From Octopus vulgaris (taxonomy: Eukaryota), in NCBI GenBank assembly GCA_951406725.2, contig OX597818.1:69316001-69380000 (forward strand): a DNA stretch of 64,000 nucleotides. The letters are read 5' to 3'. The notes under the pieces were generated by a model, which ran no database searches, was not told where the DNA came from, and saw only the letters and a program-made list of their open reading frames with translations. A program made the position numbers and the translations under genes. Positions 12,295-26,203 of this stretch are shown here, one piece after another (position 1 is the stretch's first letter; the number at the start of each line of letters is the position of its first letter).

Positions 12295-12687
12295 ATTCTT
12301 ATATTCTTTTATTTGTTTCAGTTATTTGACTGTGGCCATGCTGGAGCACTGCATTTAGTCGAGCAAGTCAACCCCAGGACTTATTCTTTGTAAGCCTAGT
12401 ACTTATTCTATCAGTCTCTCTTGCAAAACCGCTAAGTGACAGGGACATAAACACACCAGCATCAGTTGTGAAGCAATGTTGGGGGGACAACACACACACA
12501 AACATATACATACATACATACATGCATACACACACACACACACATATATATATATATGTCTACAACAGACTTCTTTCAGTTTCTGTCTACCAAATCCATC
12601 TACAAGGCTTTGGTCAGCCCAAGGCTATAGTAGAAGCCGTTTGCCCATGGTGCCATGCAATGAGACTGAACCCAGAACCATGTGGTT
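12295..12687 (-). mobile_element. SINE family A copy
   Basis: Reverse complement of the 33599-34016 element. Confidence 0.85.
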
Positions 12688-13229
12688 TGTATACCATTAA
12701 AACCTGGCACTCCATCAGTTATGACAATTGAGTGTTCCAGTTGATCCAATCAATGGAACAGCCTGCTCTTGAATTTAACATGCAAGTGGCTGAGTACTCC
12801 ACAGACACGTGTACCCTTAACGTAGTTCTGAAGGAGATTGTGCATGATACAGAATGGGACATGGTTAGCTCTTTGAAATGCAGATCCTGATTATTTTTTT
12901 TCCGGTTGAATGGACTGGACCCATGTGAAATAAAATCTCTTTCTCAAAGATACAATATGCTACTTGGAATCGAACTCATGGCCTTACAATCATGGGTGGA
13001 ATACCTTAATCACTTGGCCACATGCCTTCACATGTATTTTATAAAAGAGCAATGGTCAACCAATAAGCCACTACTTTGGTAAGACAATCACTCTCTGAAC
13101 AGGTGGCTTAATTTCAGGTGTTGCAGGTAGGCATCTGGGACTTTGGGAGTCATGGTTGTGTTTTTTTTTTCCATTATAGAAGCAATACTGACATGACAAA
13201 AGTAATTAACCTTAACATTATGCACATGG

Positions 13230-13262
<33 letters not shown>

Positions 13263-14696
13263 GTTTAACGTCCATTTTCCATGCTAGCAGGGGTTGGACG
13301 GTATGTTTGAAATATTTATGTATGCTAAGGAAATCTTCCCTAATAATGTTTTTAGAGACAGTTAATTTGAACATATTTGAACTATATTCCTTGTTATAAC
13401 TCTTCTGGGAGTAAGAGGGAATATTCTGTGTACATCATGCATCTGGGCAGAGCACTACAGCCACTAATGGTCTCAGCTGTTGGCTAAAATATCACCCAAC
13501 GTTTCCCACATAAATACTTTGCCACAAACTACACGTTTGCCAAATCAATAGAAATCAATACAAGCAGTATTGATGTGTATTATAGTTGACCTGTTACAGC
13601 TGCCAACTCAGAAGCAAAATTATCTGATATTCAAATGAACAAACCACACAGCCCTAGGGCTAAGGTCTTGTCCCTGCCTCCAAGGAAGTGTAGCATAGTG
13701 TAATTCACGAAATTCCTAATTGGAAATACTTACACCCCAAGCAACTTCTGTCTTCTGAGCTCAGCTGGGACGTATCTGATTCAAGTGGAACTTGCTTGTT
13801 ATTTCTAGGATCTTGAACAGCCATGTAGAAGCTTCTTTCAAATTTTATAGACACAAGAATATTATGAAATTTTAGTTGGTGTTTTTATTTCCTAAACACT
13901 AAATTGGACAGCAGAGTAAATTAGATACAAATTAGATAAGATGATGCTGTTGTCTCATAAACGGTTATCTTTGAGACAAGAGACAAGTGTTGGTAATCTA
14001 GCAAATCACTGGTTATGGTTGGCAGCAACTTTGTCTGACAGATGAGAAATAATATAGCTTTATGGAGAGATGAGGTTGTATCATATTAAGGGAGAGGAAA
14101 GGATGTTGTTGGTAGTGCTTTTGACACCAGGTCGCTCCTAATCAGGTAAATTTATGATCAAAAGCATTCCAACCATGACTACCACAAAAATCATATACTC
14201 AGGAGCTCAAAGTCTAAAGGGGGTACATCTGATTTGAGAAATTAAAATATAACCAGGAGTCTGTCATGTACGAGTGTATACACTTTGTTAACTTGCATTT
14301 ATTATTTAAGTTACTTTTGTGATTCCAAGAAGACATCACAAACTTCTTGGATCCATCAACCTTGATCCAGTGAGACATCCAGATTGAAAGAACAAGAGAG
14401 GGGGGGAGGGTGAACAGCTGCACCAGCAACCAGCTGGCACTCATTCATTATAGCTTCATGGTTACGAACTGAACATCCTTGCTCCACATCCACACTTCTG
14501 GATTCAAGGAATATCTTGGTTCCTAGAAGGGCAAGGAACAATCTAGACTTTCCTCATTGATTTGGCCTAAAAGAAATCTATGAAAATGAATATGTGTAAG
14601 TATTTATGTGTGGTGTGTCTGCATGTATATATATATATATATATACACTATATATATATATATGTATATATATATATACACTATATATATATACAC

Positions 14697-14747
<51 letters not shown>

Positions 14748-14784
14748 TCATCATCATCAAGCGGACGTTAAACGATGATGATGA

Positions 14785-14820
<36 letters not shown>

Positions 14821-15127
14821 TGCATATATAATTCTTTTGCTTGCTTCAGTCATTTGACTGCAGCCTTGCAGGAGAACCACATTTATTCAAACAAATCAAG
14901 CCTCGAACTTATCTTTTGTAAGCCTAGTACTTATTCTATCAGTCTCTTTTGCCGAGGGGATGTTGAAATACCAACATCGGTTGTCAAACAATGGTGGGGG
15001 AACAAACACAGACAAACAAAGATATACACACATACACACACACACACAAATATGTGTGTGTGTATATATATTTATATATATATATATATATATATATGTA
15101 TGGAATTTATATGGAATTCCATATCAA

Positions 15128-15407
15128 TGGAATTTGTAGCTGTGATACCAGTGCTGGTGGCACGTAAAAAGCACCATCCGATCGTGGCTGTTGCCAGCTT
15201 CGTCTGGTCGCCGTGCCGGTGGCACGTAAAAGGCACCCACTACACTCACGAAGTGGTTGGCGTTAGGAAGGGCATCCAGCTGTAGAAACACTGCCAGATC
15301 AGACTGGGCTTGGTGCAGCCTTCTGGCTTCCCAGACCCCAGTTGAACCGTCCAATCCATGCTAGCATGGAAAGCAGACGTTAAACGATGATGATGATGAT
15401 GATGATG
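15128..15407 (+). mobile_element. Family D short retro-element/LINE 3' tail ending in (GAT)n
   Basis: ggttggcgttaggaagggcatccagctgtagaaa...catgctagcatggaaagcagacgttaaacgatgatg. Other copies at ~3890-4080(-), 15760-15930(-), 24680-24945(+), 29066-29280(-), 43240-43425(-), 45160-45425(+), 54660-54850(+), 56720-56930(+) and 57600-57795(+). Confidence 0.8.
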
Positions 15408-15416
15408 TATATATAT

Positions 15417-15731
15417 TACGGAGATGTACTTGCAAAACAAGTGACTTGAGCTGAGACCATGTGCTGAAACAAAAACAATTGTAGCGTGGAAAGTGTTTAT
15501 AAACCATTTAAAAAAACACACAAAAACTGTTAGATTCACTTCGACATTTAAGTTTAATTTGAGTCAAAATATTTTCATCACCTTGAAACCATGACCTGTT
15601 CACTGACAAAATTCTGTGTGTGGTTTCAAAGTGACGAAAATAATTCGACACAAATTAAATTTAAATGTAGAAGTGAATCTAATGGTTTTTGTATGTTTTT
15701 AAATGGTTTATAACCACCTTCCACACTGCTA
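15417..15731. mobile_element. Palindromic MITE (TA|CGGAGATGTACTTGCA.. family), right arm truncated
   Basis: ~15481-15592 is the reverse complement of ~15620-15731. Same family as the arms of 57340-58503. Confidence 0.85.
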
Positions 15732-16071
15732 TCATATATATATATTATCATGATAATCCTCATCAGTTAACATCCATTGTTCATTCTGGCATGGGTTGGA
15801 CGGTTTGACCAGGACTGGCAAGCTGGAAAGTTGCACCAGGTTCAATCTGATCTGGCAAAGTTTCTACTGCTGGATGCCCTTTTTAACGCCAACCACTCTG
15901 AGAGTGTAATGGGTGCTTTTACATGCCACTTGCATGACGCCAGGGTGCACCTATGTGCCACCAATATGGGTGCCAATTTGCATGACACCAGTATCTGCCA
16001 TGACTGCAATTTCACTCAGCTTGATGGGTCTTCTTCTCAAGCATGACATAATACCAAATGTCTTGGTCATT

Positions 16072-16225
16072 GCCTCCATGAGGCCCAACACTTGAAAGGA
16101 ACTCAGCCACTTTGCCTCCATGAGCCCCAGTGCTTGAGAGGAACTCAGTCACCTTGTCTCCAAGCCCAACACTTGAAAGGAACTCAGCCACTTTGCCTCT
16201 GTGTGACCCAAAGTTCAAAAGATGC
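16072..16225. repeat. Minisatellite, 3+ copies of a 39-42-bp unit
   Basis: gcctccatgaggcccaacacttgaaaggaactcagccacttt; units start at 16072, 16114, 16156 and 16195. Confidence 0.9.
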
Positions 16226-19200
16226 TCTTTATGTGCCACCAGCACAGGTGTATTTGTCTTGAAGGCTCCTCTCAAGCACAGCACATTGACAAAGGTCTCG
16301 GTCACCAGACATTGCTCCTGTGAGGCAATATATACAGTCACCTGACAGTAAATCAAAATTCCATAAATACTTAATATTCAATTTTATTTATTTATTCCAA
16401 TTATGAATGTTTAATAATTGAATGGTGTGTGTTAAAATTACCGTTTTTTCCGACATTTGTCTTATTTATTAGCAAAATCTCATATAAAATAGTTTATTGT
16501 TCTGATATTGGTATTAAATGGTTTTGATTTACTGTTGGGGAACTTTTGGCCAACTCTGTGAATATATATATATATATGTATATACACAACAGGCTTCTTT
16601 CAGTTTCCATCTACTAAATCCACTCACAAGGCTTTGGTCAGTCCGAGGCTATAGTAGAAGACACTAGCTCAAGGTACCATAAAGTAGGACTGAACCCAGT
16701 ACCATTTGGTTGGGAAACAAGCTTCTTATCATGCAGCCACGCTGGTGCTTATACATACATACGTTAATATACATATAAACGGCGGTGCATCAGCATGGCC
16801 GCAGCTCTGAGCTGAAACTAGAAAAAAAAAAAAAAGAAATATATATATATATATATACATACATTTATATATATGTACAATTACACATATAGCATATACA
16901 TATATATTGCACACACACACTCACACACATATACATATACATATAAACACACACACACATAAGTAATATACCTGGTGACTAATTTAAGTATTTCTTTATT
17001 CCTTCAAGTAAGAGGTTATTCGAGTTTCTCTTATTTAATATATTTTTATTTCACCAACAGAAATGACTAATGTTCAATTTCAAGCTTAATATTACCAATT
17101 AAAACAAGTCGTTTTCAACTGTAATGTATGTGTAACGGGGTAATTTCCTCATTTCTGATGTATTTTAATATTTATCTTTCCTCAGTGTGTTTCTGAAAAC
17201 AACTAAAATGTTTGAGATACACATAACTTATTTTTCTTTTATTCTGCTGAAGTTACACATTCCAAATATCTTGTATGTTATAATCAAAACAACGAAGACA
17301 CAATACTAACCAACAAATCATTAATTTATATTGTTCAACATAATAGAATTATAGATTCTGTATATATTTCTTGTTTAAGCTAGATTCTTCTCAGGTGTCC
17401 TCTTAAACTAATTTCAACTCATTTTCACAAATACATACTTCCCAACACAAAAACACATCTGGACACAACCACACACTTCATAATACATCACAACACACAC
17501 ACACACACACAAACACACACATTTACACACACACACACAGAGTCACACACACACAGAGTCACACACACACACACACACAGTCACACACACACAGAGAAAC
17601 TCCAATTACATTGGTTTGCTGATATAGAGATGAAGTGAATTTTCTGCGGAAAATTTAATTTCATTTTTGTCTTCAGAACAGAATAAGAAAATCATGTGAA
17701 TAATTCCTAAACGGGAGATGAGTTGGATGACTTTACATCTCAGACATTTAGCAAAAGAATTGGTTCCCACAAACAGTTCCAAAATATTCCATGATGACAG
17801 TTTTGCCATATTTCATAAAATAATAAATATCTTTTAGGAAACTAATTTGAAAAATCCTCATTAACACCAGACTGAGAATTATTTTTTATCTCTTCCTTGT
17901 TTCAGTCATTGGACTGTGGCCATGATGGAGCCCCGACTTGGACTTTTGTCAAACAAATTAACCCCAGTACTTCTTTTTTAATCTTGTACTTACTGGTACT
18001 TATTTTATCGACTCTGAAAGCAGGAAAGGCAAACTCGACCTCAGCAGAATTTGAACTCAGAATGTAAAGATGGATAAAATGCCACTAAGCGTTTTTTCCT
18101 GGTGTGCTCTCCATTCTTCCAGTTCACCACCCTTTCTGTCCCTATTATTAGGATGTACCATCAAGAAGTGAAGCGATCATCATCATCGTCATCATCTAAT
18201 GTCTGTCTTTCATGCCTGTATGCGTTGGATACTTCTACAGGATCTGACAAAGTGGGGACCTGCGTCAAGCTCCAGTCTCTGTTGTGGCCTGGTTTCTATG
18301 GCTGAACGTCCTTCCCCAATGCCACCCAGTTTGCAGGGTGAACATGGCACCAGCACTTTGGAAGGTACCAAGCAACTCACAAGAGAAGATCCCTTGGCAG
18401 AGTTGTGCCAGGTGTAGAAATGCTAGGATAGGATAGAGGGATAAGAACAGTGTCTTGCTACCCCAGCTGGGAAAATGCTAGTGATGAGGATTCAAGATAT
18501 ACCCTCCAGGTATAAGTTGGTGAGGATAAGAGAGAAGTGAGACAAAGAACAGGGGCAGTTAATGGGTGAATAAGGCTGTGAGAAGGTGACAAGAGAGTGG
18601 CAAGAGATAAAGATGAATGCAGAAAATAGTGAACATGGGTGGAGGTATGATGAAATGGGGGAGATAGAAATGGGTTAGGAAGGTAGTAGGTGACAGCAGA
18701 GATGGTGAGAAGTAGGAGGAGGGCGAGCAGAAGAAATGAACAGTCCCAGGTAACACACACACACATCATATACAAAGGATGTCCACTCAGTTTACATCTA
18801 TCAAATTCCTTTCACAAATTATTGGTCTTCCTACGGCTGTTGTAGAAAATATGTCCCAGATTCTAAGTACACAGATTGAACCTGTGCACTTAGGATTGTA
18901 ATTATTTCTGAATAGAGAGCATAGATTTACTAGTTTAAATGATAAACCTTTGTACTAAAAAATTGTTAATTAGCCTAATGAATTTGCGATCAGAGTCAGT
19001 AGGACCAGAAACTGTTTGTAACGATAAGATAAGAAGCAAAACGTTTCAGAGTAAACATCTTCATCAAATCCATTTCTGAAGACTTCAGCAAAACTTTCAG
19101 CCTTGTTTTAAGCAGGAGAAACTTCCAGTTTGTTTAATGTTTTTTGTTTTTTTATAAAACCCAGTAATTAACCCTGCTTCAGTAAAACTACATCATTGCC

Positions 19201-19477
19201 ATTCCAGCCATGACTATTCTACCTGTTTGCTTTCAGTCATCGTGTATCTAAGACTACATTATCCAATGTATTCTCCTGATATGACAAGAAGATGTGGGAG
19301 ATTTAGTTGCTACATATGGCAGGTCGAGTAACCCAATGTAGAATTTCTGAATGTTTTTGTAAAAGTTTTCTGTCTCTTCTATCTGTCCAGCAGTTTCCTG
19401 CTTGACCATGCTATTTCAATACTGACCAGAATATATTCAGCTCACATTTCACCATGTATGACATAACACATGATTAA

Positions 19478-19516
<39 letters not shown>

Positions 19517-19835
19517 CACGTTTCCTTCTGTATATTAATGACTGGTTATTTCTTAGTTCACACATTCCAATACAGATGCCATTGCACTTCATTTCTCATT
19601 AATCTTTTCAAACACGTGTCATCTACATGCAACCTCGACATTACATATTAAACTTGCATGGCTTCCATAGACACAGACCCAGAAAAACATCCTTTTCTCA
19701 TAATACAACAACTTGCTCTCCTTGATATAACATTTCAAAGAATCAGCTTTGCTCTGTGTCCTCACTTTTTAAATTATAAACAGAACAGAACAGGCTAATG
19801 ATACAGTATTTCCATGATAGAAATAGCAGCCAAAT

Positions 19836-20055
19836 TAAGGCAGTGAGCTGGCAGAATCGTTAGCATGCCGGGCGAAATGCTTAGGGTATTTCGTTTGTCT
19901 TTACATTCTGAGTTCAAATTCTTTGCCTTTCATCCTTTTGGGGTCAATTAAATAAGTACCAGTTACGCATTGGGGTCGATATAATTGACTTAATCTGTTT
20001 GTTTGTCCTTGTTTGTCCCCTCTATGTTTAGCCCCTTGTGGACAGTAAAGAAATA
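19836..20055 (+). mobile_element. SINE family B variant with 17-bp TSD
   Basis: TSD agaaatagcagccaaat at 19819-19835 and 20056-20072. Its 3' tail differs from that of the 10449 copy. Confidence 0.9.
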
Positions 20056-21849
20056 AGAAATAGCAGCCAAATAAGCCTTGCATCACTCAAGAACAATCTT
20101 TAGGAAAAAGTTACAGCTAAATCAGCCTCTCATATAAAAACAAGCTCTAGGGTGGAAAAAAAGAGGGCACAATGTAGAATGAGATCTTTAATAGGCATAA
20201 AGATAAAATATGGAACGGTCACAGTTGGAAAGTCTTTTATCAAGACTATCCTGGGGTTAATTACAACTTCATACCTCAATATCTCCACAGTTCCAAACCT
20301 CAAAGCCTGAGGATCTCTCATTGTTACTTTTATATGTTGAATATTTTCAGAAGTGTTTAAGCAAGGACTGGAGTTAGAGAAAGAATATTTTTTCAGTTTT
20401 GACCATTTGCTCTTTGTTTCCACATCTTAAGCATCATCCAAATTAGCATACTACTACTTATATATCTATTATGGTACTACTAATACACACAAGACTTCCC
20501 AGACCAAATTCACATGCATGATAAACATGCAACTGATTGACAAAGTCTTTCTTAAAATCGTACAACCAATCACACACAGCTGTGGCCTTCATTCTGATTC
20601 TTTAAACAATACTACCATGGCTTCTACTCCTCTGAACCACTAAATTACATGTAACATAAAACATGGGGTATCTTCTTTTCTCACTTCTCTTTTGTTATTC
20701 TTATTCTTACATCTTAAGGTCATCTATTCATAACTTTGCCCAGACATTTGTCCAGAAGCCTCAAGTAGACTAGAACTCTGAATGTTTTCTGCAGACATCA
20801 ACTTAGAGAAATTAAAAGAGGTATGAACTCTCTCCATTTCAGCCATATAAAAGACTCCCAAATATCATAAATATAGTCTTTTCTCCTTTGAATAAATAAT
20901 TTTTAAAATGAAGCGAAAAAAAGCTGTGAAGGTGAAGGGTTAAACTATTGAACACATGATATGGTTATATAATTGGGAAAATTTTCTTGAATTTAAACTT
21001 TCAGCACAACCATTCTATTATGTATATTGGCACAGTGCTAAACTTAGCTCAAAGACAGCAATTTTGACTCCTACTGGTTAGCACCCAGCTATCAAAATTA
21101 ATTACTCTAACAACACATAAATATTCAAATTTTTGTAAATTATCTCACCCATTCTACTACGGAAATATGGCTGTTAGATAGTAAAAGACATTTCTATACA
21201 ACAATGTTACAATTGTTTTTTTTTCCATTCTTCACTAATGGTGGCTATTCTTATCGATCAATTATTTTTAACCATTAGTGTTGTCTCTGGTCCAAAATAT
21301 AAAGCTTCCTTGTATTTATATTTCTACACACCTCACTAATTCTCAATAAAGCTCACTCAATATTCCAGCATGACTACAACCACAATTTATACAATTTAAA
21401 ATATCGTTTAATTTAAGCAATTTTTTTTTTAAATGCCAATCTTTTATAATTTCTTTTTTTTTATAAATGTATAAAATTTAAAAGGGAAAATTATTAGAGT
21501 TTCCCTTTGGGAGAAAATTGATTAAATTATGCCATGTATAATTGTAAAGGTGTATGACCTGTTACTTAGGGGTGTTGCATTTATGATGGATAGATTATAG
21601 TTTTGATTTTGGGACAAAGCAATGCTTTATGTCCCTGTGCGAAGTTCCTGAGTTCACATTACTCCACAGTAACCCTGGGACAGACTGGAACCTTTTTCAG
21701 TGAGGAATGTTTGGAGCCCAGTCACTTATAAGCCATAGAAACTGGGAAGCCAAACTATGAATGTGAGGAATTGAGACATTTGTATATCCATGCACAACAA
21801 GTCAGCATCATCATCATTATCATCACCATTTAACACACGCTTGTTCTTT

Positions 21850-22835
21850 GTGACCCTGAAAAGAAAGAGGCATGGAAGAGCTACAGCGAAAGGCTACTAA
21901 CTGTGGAGAATGAGTGGGATAAAGGGAGTCTCCCTTATGTGAACCCAACAGAAGGACCAGCTGTCCTAGTTGACAGTAGCATGGTAGATAATGCAATTAT
22001 ATTTATAAAGGCGAGGAAGGCCCCTGGTCCATCAGGAGTGACTGCAGAGAAGCTTAAGATATCTGGTAGAGTTCAATACAACCTAGTCAAGCGCATAGTA
22101 ACTCAGGTTACTCAGGAAGGCATAATCCCTAGTGACTGGCGCTGCAGCATCATCGTCAGCTGCTGCAAGGGAAATGGAGCTACCTTTGATAGACATAATT
22201 ATAGAAGCATCAAATTGCTGGACCAGATGATGAAAGTTGCCAAGAGAGTTATAGCTTGATTAGGAACAGATTTAGACTAGATGAAATGCAGTTTGGCTTT
22301 GTCCCAGGGCGAAACACCAAGGATGCTATTTTCATAGTCAGGCAACTGCAAGCGAAGTATTTGGCCAAGAACAAGTTGTTGTATTTGGCATTTGTTGATC
22401 TAGAGAAAGCCTTCACTTGAGTAAACCATTCTGTAACATGGTGGTCTCTGAGGAAGCTAGGGCTAGACGAATGGCTTGTGAAAGTAGTACAGGCCATGCA
22501 CAGGAGTGTTGTTAGTAAGGTAAAGAGTCAGCCATGAGTACAGTGATAAATTTAGTGTACAGGTAGGTGTCCACTAAGGCATGGTTCTCAACCCCTCTCC
22601 TATTCCTCATCATCCTCCGAGAATTTAAGACTGAAAGCCCACGGGAACTACTATATGCTGATGACCTGGTCCCTGTAGCAGAATTTATGACAGGATTAGA
22701 AAAGAAATTCCAGGTGCGGAAACAGAACCTGGGGTTAAAGGGTCTGAAAGTTGAATTAGCAAAGATCAAGGTCCTAGTTAGCAAGAAATTGAACAAAACC
22801 CTTCAGGCTTCAGGTAAATAGCCCTGCTCAATATG
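21850..22835 (+). mobile_element. RTE-clade LINE reverse transcriptase pseudogene fragment
   Basis: KAPGPSGVTAEKLK, IPSDWRCSII, NYRSIKLL, QFGFVPGRNTKDAIFIVRQLQ, AFVDLEKAF and ELLYADDL; contains stops and frameshifts. Confidence 0.93.
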
Positions 22836-24410
22836 TATTATTATCTGACAGGAAGGGGCAACTGCATTTAATTTTGGCTTGTTTGAGTATAGCAACCATT
22901 GCCCTCATCCATCCCTTTCATCTTCTCTTACCATACCTGGGTGCTGTTTAGCCCTGGGTCATGGCAAATTGAGCAGATCTATGTTAGAAGAGGTTCTATC
23001 CAGCTGTGACAGTACGATATGTCCTTCCTATTTCTAAGACAATAAAAGATTTGGTTGTTCTCTGTAGCAAACTGAGTGACCATATAAAGGTTCCACCATT
23101 GGGTTATGCTCCTTCTAGTTACTTTTGACCGAGGATACCCTTCTATACTTATATCCCATTTATGGTTAATAACATCAATGTCGCCAGGGTCCCAAAGAAC
23201 CAAGAGACTGGTGAGAGAAACAAAGTAATATCTGTCCAAATTGAGCGAAACAAATTCTTTATGCAATGGGCTTCTTTCAGTTTCTATCTACCAAATCCAT
23301 TTACTAAGCTTTGATCAACCTGAGCCTATTGTAGAAGACACTCGTCCAAGGTGCCATGCAGTGGGACTGAATCCATAACCATACGGCTGGGAAGCAAATT
23401 TATTACCACACAGCCTTGCCTCTAGAAAGATGAAATACATGGTTGATCTTGGAAAAGGTAACAATTTACTTCAGTTTAATGTGTTATTCTACGATGCTTC
23501 TCACCATCATCTCTGCTGTTTACCAAATGGTAAGATCAACATAGACATTATTTCAAACTGAGGACATAGATAAACATGGTAAGGAATTTTGTTTGGAACT
23601 CCCCCGCCTGCATTCCTTCCTGCTTTCAAAAATAGTTAAACTAATAGCAAAATAAGCTGCCTCTTACATCATGGAAAAGGCAGCCTTGTCTAGGAGTGAG
23701 GAGCTTCCGACATAAAGCAGTTAGAGATTGTGGACAGAAGTGTTAGCCTGGAAGGAAAAATACCAAAGTACTTGCACCATATCAAACATTCCTACACCAT
23801 TCCAATAAAGTAGTTGGCAATAGGAAGCACATCAAATTCTGAAAATAAAAGAAATAAGTGAGTAAGTTCTACCAAACCCAAACTGCAAGAAAGAAATATC
23901 CATAAATCTAAGGAAGTGCCTAAATTTGTAGATGTATCAGATCTATGCTGGAAAAGTAGATTTAAAAATATACTGCGAAAGAAAGAAAAAAAGTTGTTGA
24001 CATCTAAAGGCTTCTAAAATATTTGTGATTAATGACAAGCCGGCATGAGCATAAATTAGCGTAAAGATATTAATGCCTTTAGCTGATTATCTATCTCTCT
24101 CTAAACTGCAGTTGCAGTTCATGGAAAGAATTTCTATCTCAAGGGGGTTTGCTATTTCAAAGACTGAGTAAATCTTGACAGTTATGATTTATGAGAATAA
24201 TGGATTGGCTAAATTGTATTTGTAGCTTAGAATTTTAATACAATATCTTGTAGCTACCGAAAGTTTTTTTCTTTTTCTTTTTCTTTTTCTTTACTTGAGA
24301 TTTTCAGTATTTTGAAGTAGAATTGAAATCTTTTGTCCAAGTTGATAAGAAAGAGATTACTTCAAGATAACTTTGAGGTATTTTCTTCTATTTCTTTATT
24401 TGTGTTTTAG

Positions 24411-24446
24411 GAGAGAAAATGGTTGATTCCATAATCAACAGAGAAT
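24411..24446 (+). other. Candidate 36-nt symmetric micro-exon
   Basis: Preceded by a pyrimidine tract and tttag, followed by GTAAGT. Open only in phase 1 (EKMVDSIINRE). Confidence 0.3.
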
Positions 24447-24594
24447 GTAAGTTTACAAATAAATATTGGTTTAAGTTTCTACTTGTTAATGTTAACTTAC
24501 AACAAGTGGCTGAAGTATTAATAGAAATGCACAAACAACAACAGTGAGTCAGGGTGGGAGTGGGGGACGGGTAGTCAAGCTGAATTCAAGATTG

Positions 24595-24626
<32 letters not shown>

Positions 24627-25120
24627 GGTGGTGGAGGATAACTCCATAGGTAAACTACGTGAGAAAAGTCATAGACCGTACTGGCACCACATAAAAGACT
24701 CTGGCGCTGGTGCTAAGTAAAATGCATTGAGGTTCGTGCCACATAAAAAGCACTGGTGCTTGGTGCCATGTGAAAAAGCACCCAGTCCACACTGTAAAGT
24801 GGTTAGCATTAGAAAGGGCATCCAGTCATAGAGACCATTCCAAAACTGATGACTGGAGCATGATACAGCCCAAGGCCTTTCTGGCTTCTATCAAACTCTC
24901 CAACCCAAACCAGCAAGAAAAACAGGTGTTAGGTGATGCTGATGATCCCGTGGGAAAGTGTCTATATGGTAATTTAAATGGAAAGAAATAGCAGCCAAAT
25001 TTGTGATACTGCCTTCCAAAATGAAGGATACATTCTATTAAGCAGTCAGTCCTAAGTACAGGCAAGAAGAAAGAAAAACTGGATACTTAGAACTAGAATC
25101 ACTTTTCACATATACTTATG

Positions 25121-26203
25121 TATCAGGTCATCCCATAAGTTCTGACTGATTTTACCTTTTTTAAAATTGAATGAAATCTAATTTTATTTTAGAATGTCTG
25201 ATGGAATTTAAAATTATTTTTATGCATTTGTGTACATTTAAACTAATTAAATATTATCTTACAGAATAATAGAATTAAAATTTCTTTCATTAAAACCCTT
25301 TCTAACATGGAAGTATCCAATGAGCATTTGAGGCACAAAAAGGAAACTCTGCAGCTGAAGCAACCCGAAACATGCACTCAGTTTATGGGAAAGAATGCTT
25401 GAATGAAAGAACTTGCAGAAGATGGTTTGCAAAATTCAGAAGTGGAGATTTCAGCCTTGAAGATGAAGATCGAACAGGACGTCCAGTTGAGTTTGATGAT
25501 AAGCTCTTTGAGGCATTACTTGAAGAAAATCCTGCATTTACACTTGAAGAATTGGCAATAAAGCTTAGTTCAAACCATACAACTGTTCATTGTCATATTG
25601 AACAACTTGGAAGGGTTCCTAAACTTTGAAAATGGGTGCCTCATGGATTGTCCAAAAGCAACTGCAAATCCCGAGTTGACATCTGCTCTTCTCTCCATTC
25701 TCGCGAACTCATTTCACCCTTTTTTGGATAGACTTGTAACTGGTGACGAAAAATGGATCTTATATCGAAATGTTAAATGTCGTAAACAGTGGTTTGGTAA
25801 AAGGGAAAAGGCACAACCACAACCAAGAAGGGAACTTCATGGAAAAAAGGTTCTTCTCTCTATCTGGTGGGATTGCAAAGAAGTAATTCACTTTGAATTG
25901 TTACCACCTAATGAAACAACCAATGCTCATGTCTACTGTCAGCAATTAGAGTGTTTGAACCAAGCTTTGAAGAAAAAAAGACTCATATTAGTGAATCAAA
26001 AATGACTGATGTTACATCAGGACAATGCGTGACCCCACACTGCAAAGATCAAATCACAGAAGATCGAAGAGCTTGGCTGGGAAAAAATTCCTCATCCACT
26101 TTATTCTCTCAACCTTGCTCCTTCAGACTACCATTTGTCTCGTAGTTTACAGAATCGTTTGTGGGACATAACTTTCCCAAGCCAAGAGGATGTCAAAACT
26201 GAC
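25121..26203 (+). mobile_element. Mariner (DD34D-type) transposon relic, right end lost
   Basis: Left end tatcaggtcatcccataagttctg; ATG at 25307. Motifs RWFAKFRSGDFSLEDEDRTGRP, KWVPH, VTGDEKW, HQDNA and YSLNLAPSDYHL, with stops and frameshifts. Confidence 0.95.

Noticed and set aside
14340-14570. Possible minus-strand exon after an atttcttttag acceptor
   Set aside because: Stops occur in all three frames shortly after the acceptor.
16072-16225. CRISPR-like repeat array
   Set aside because: Units are contiguous without unique spacers, there are no cas genes, and the context is eukaryotic.
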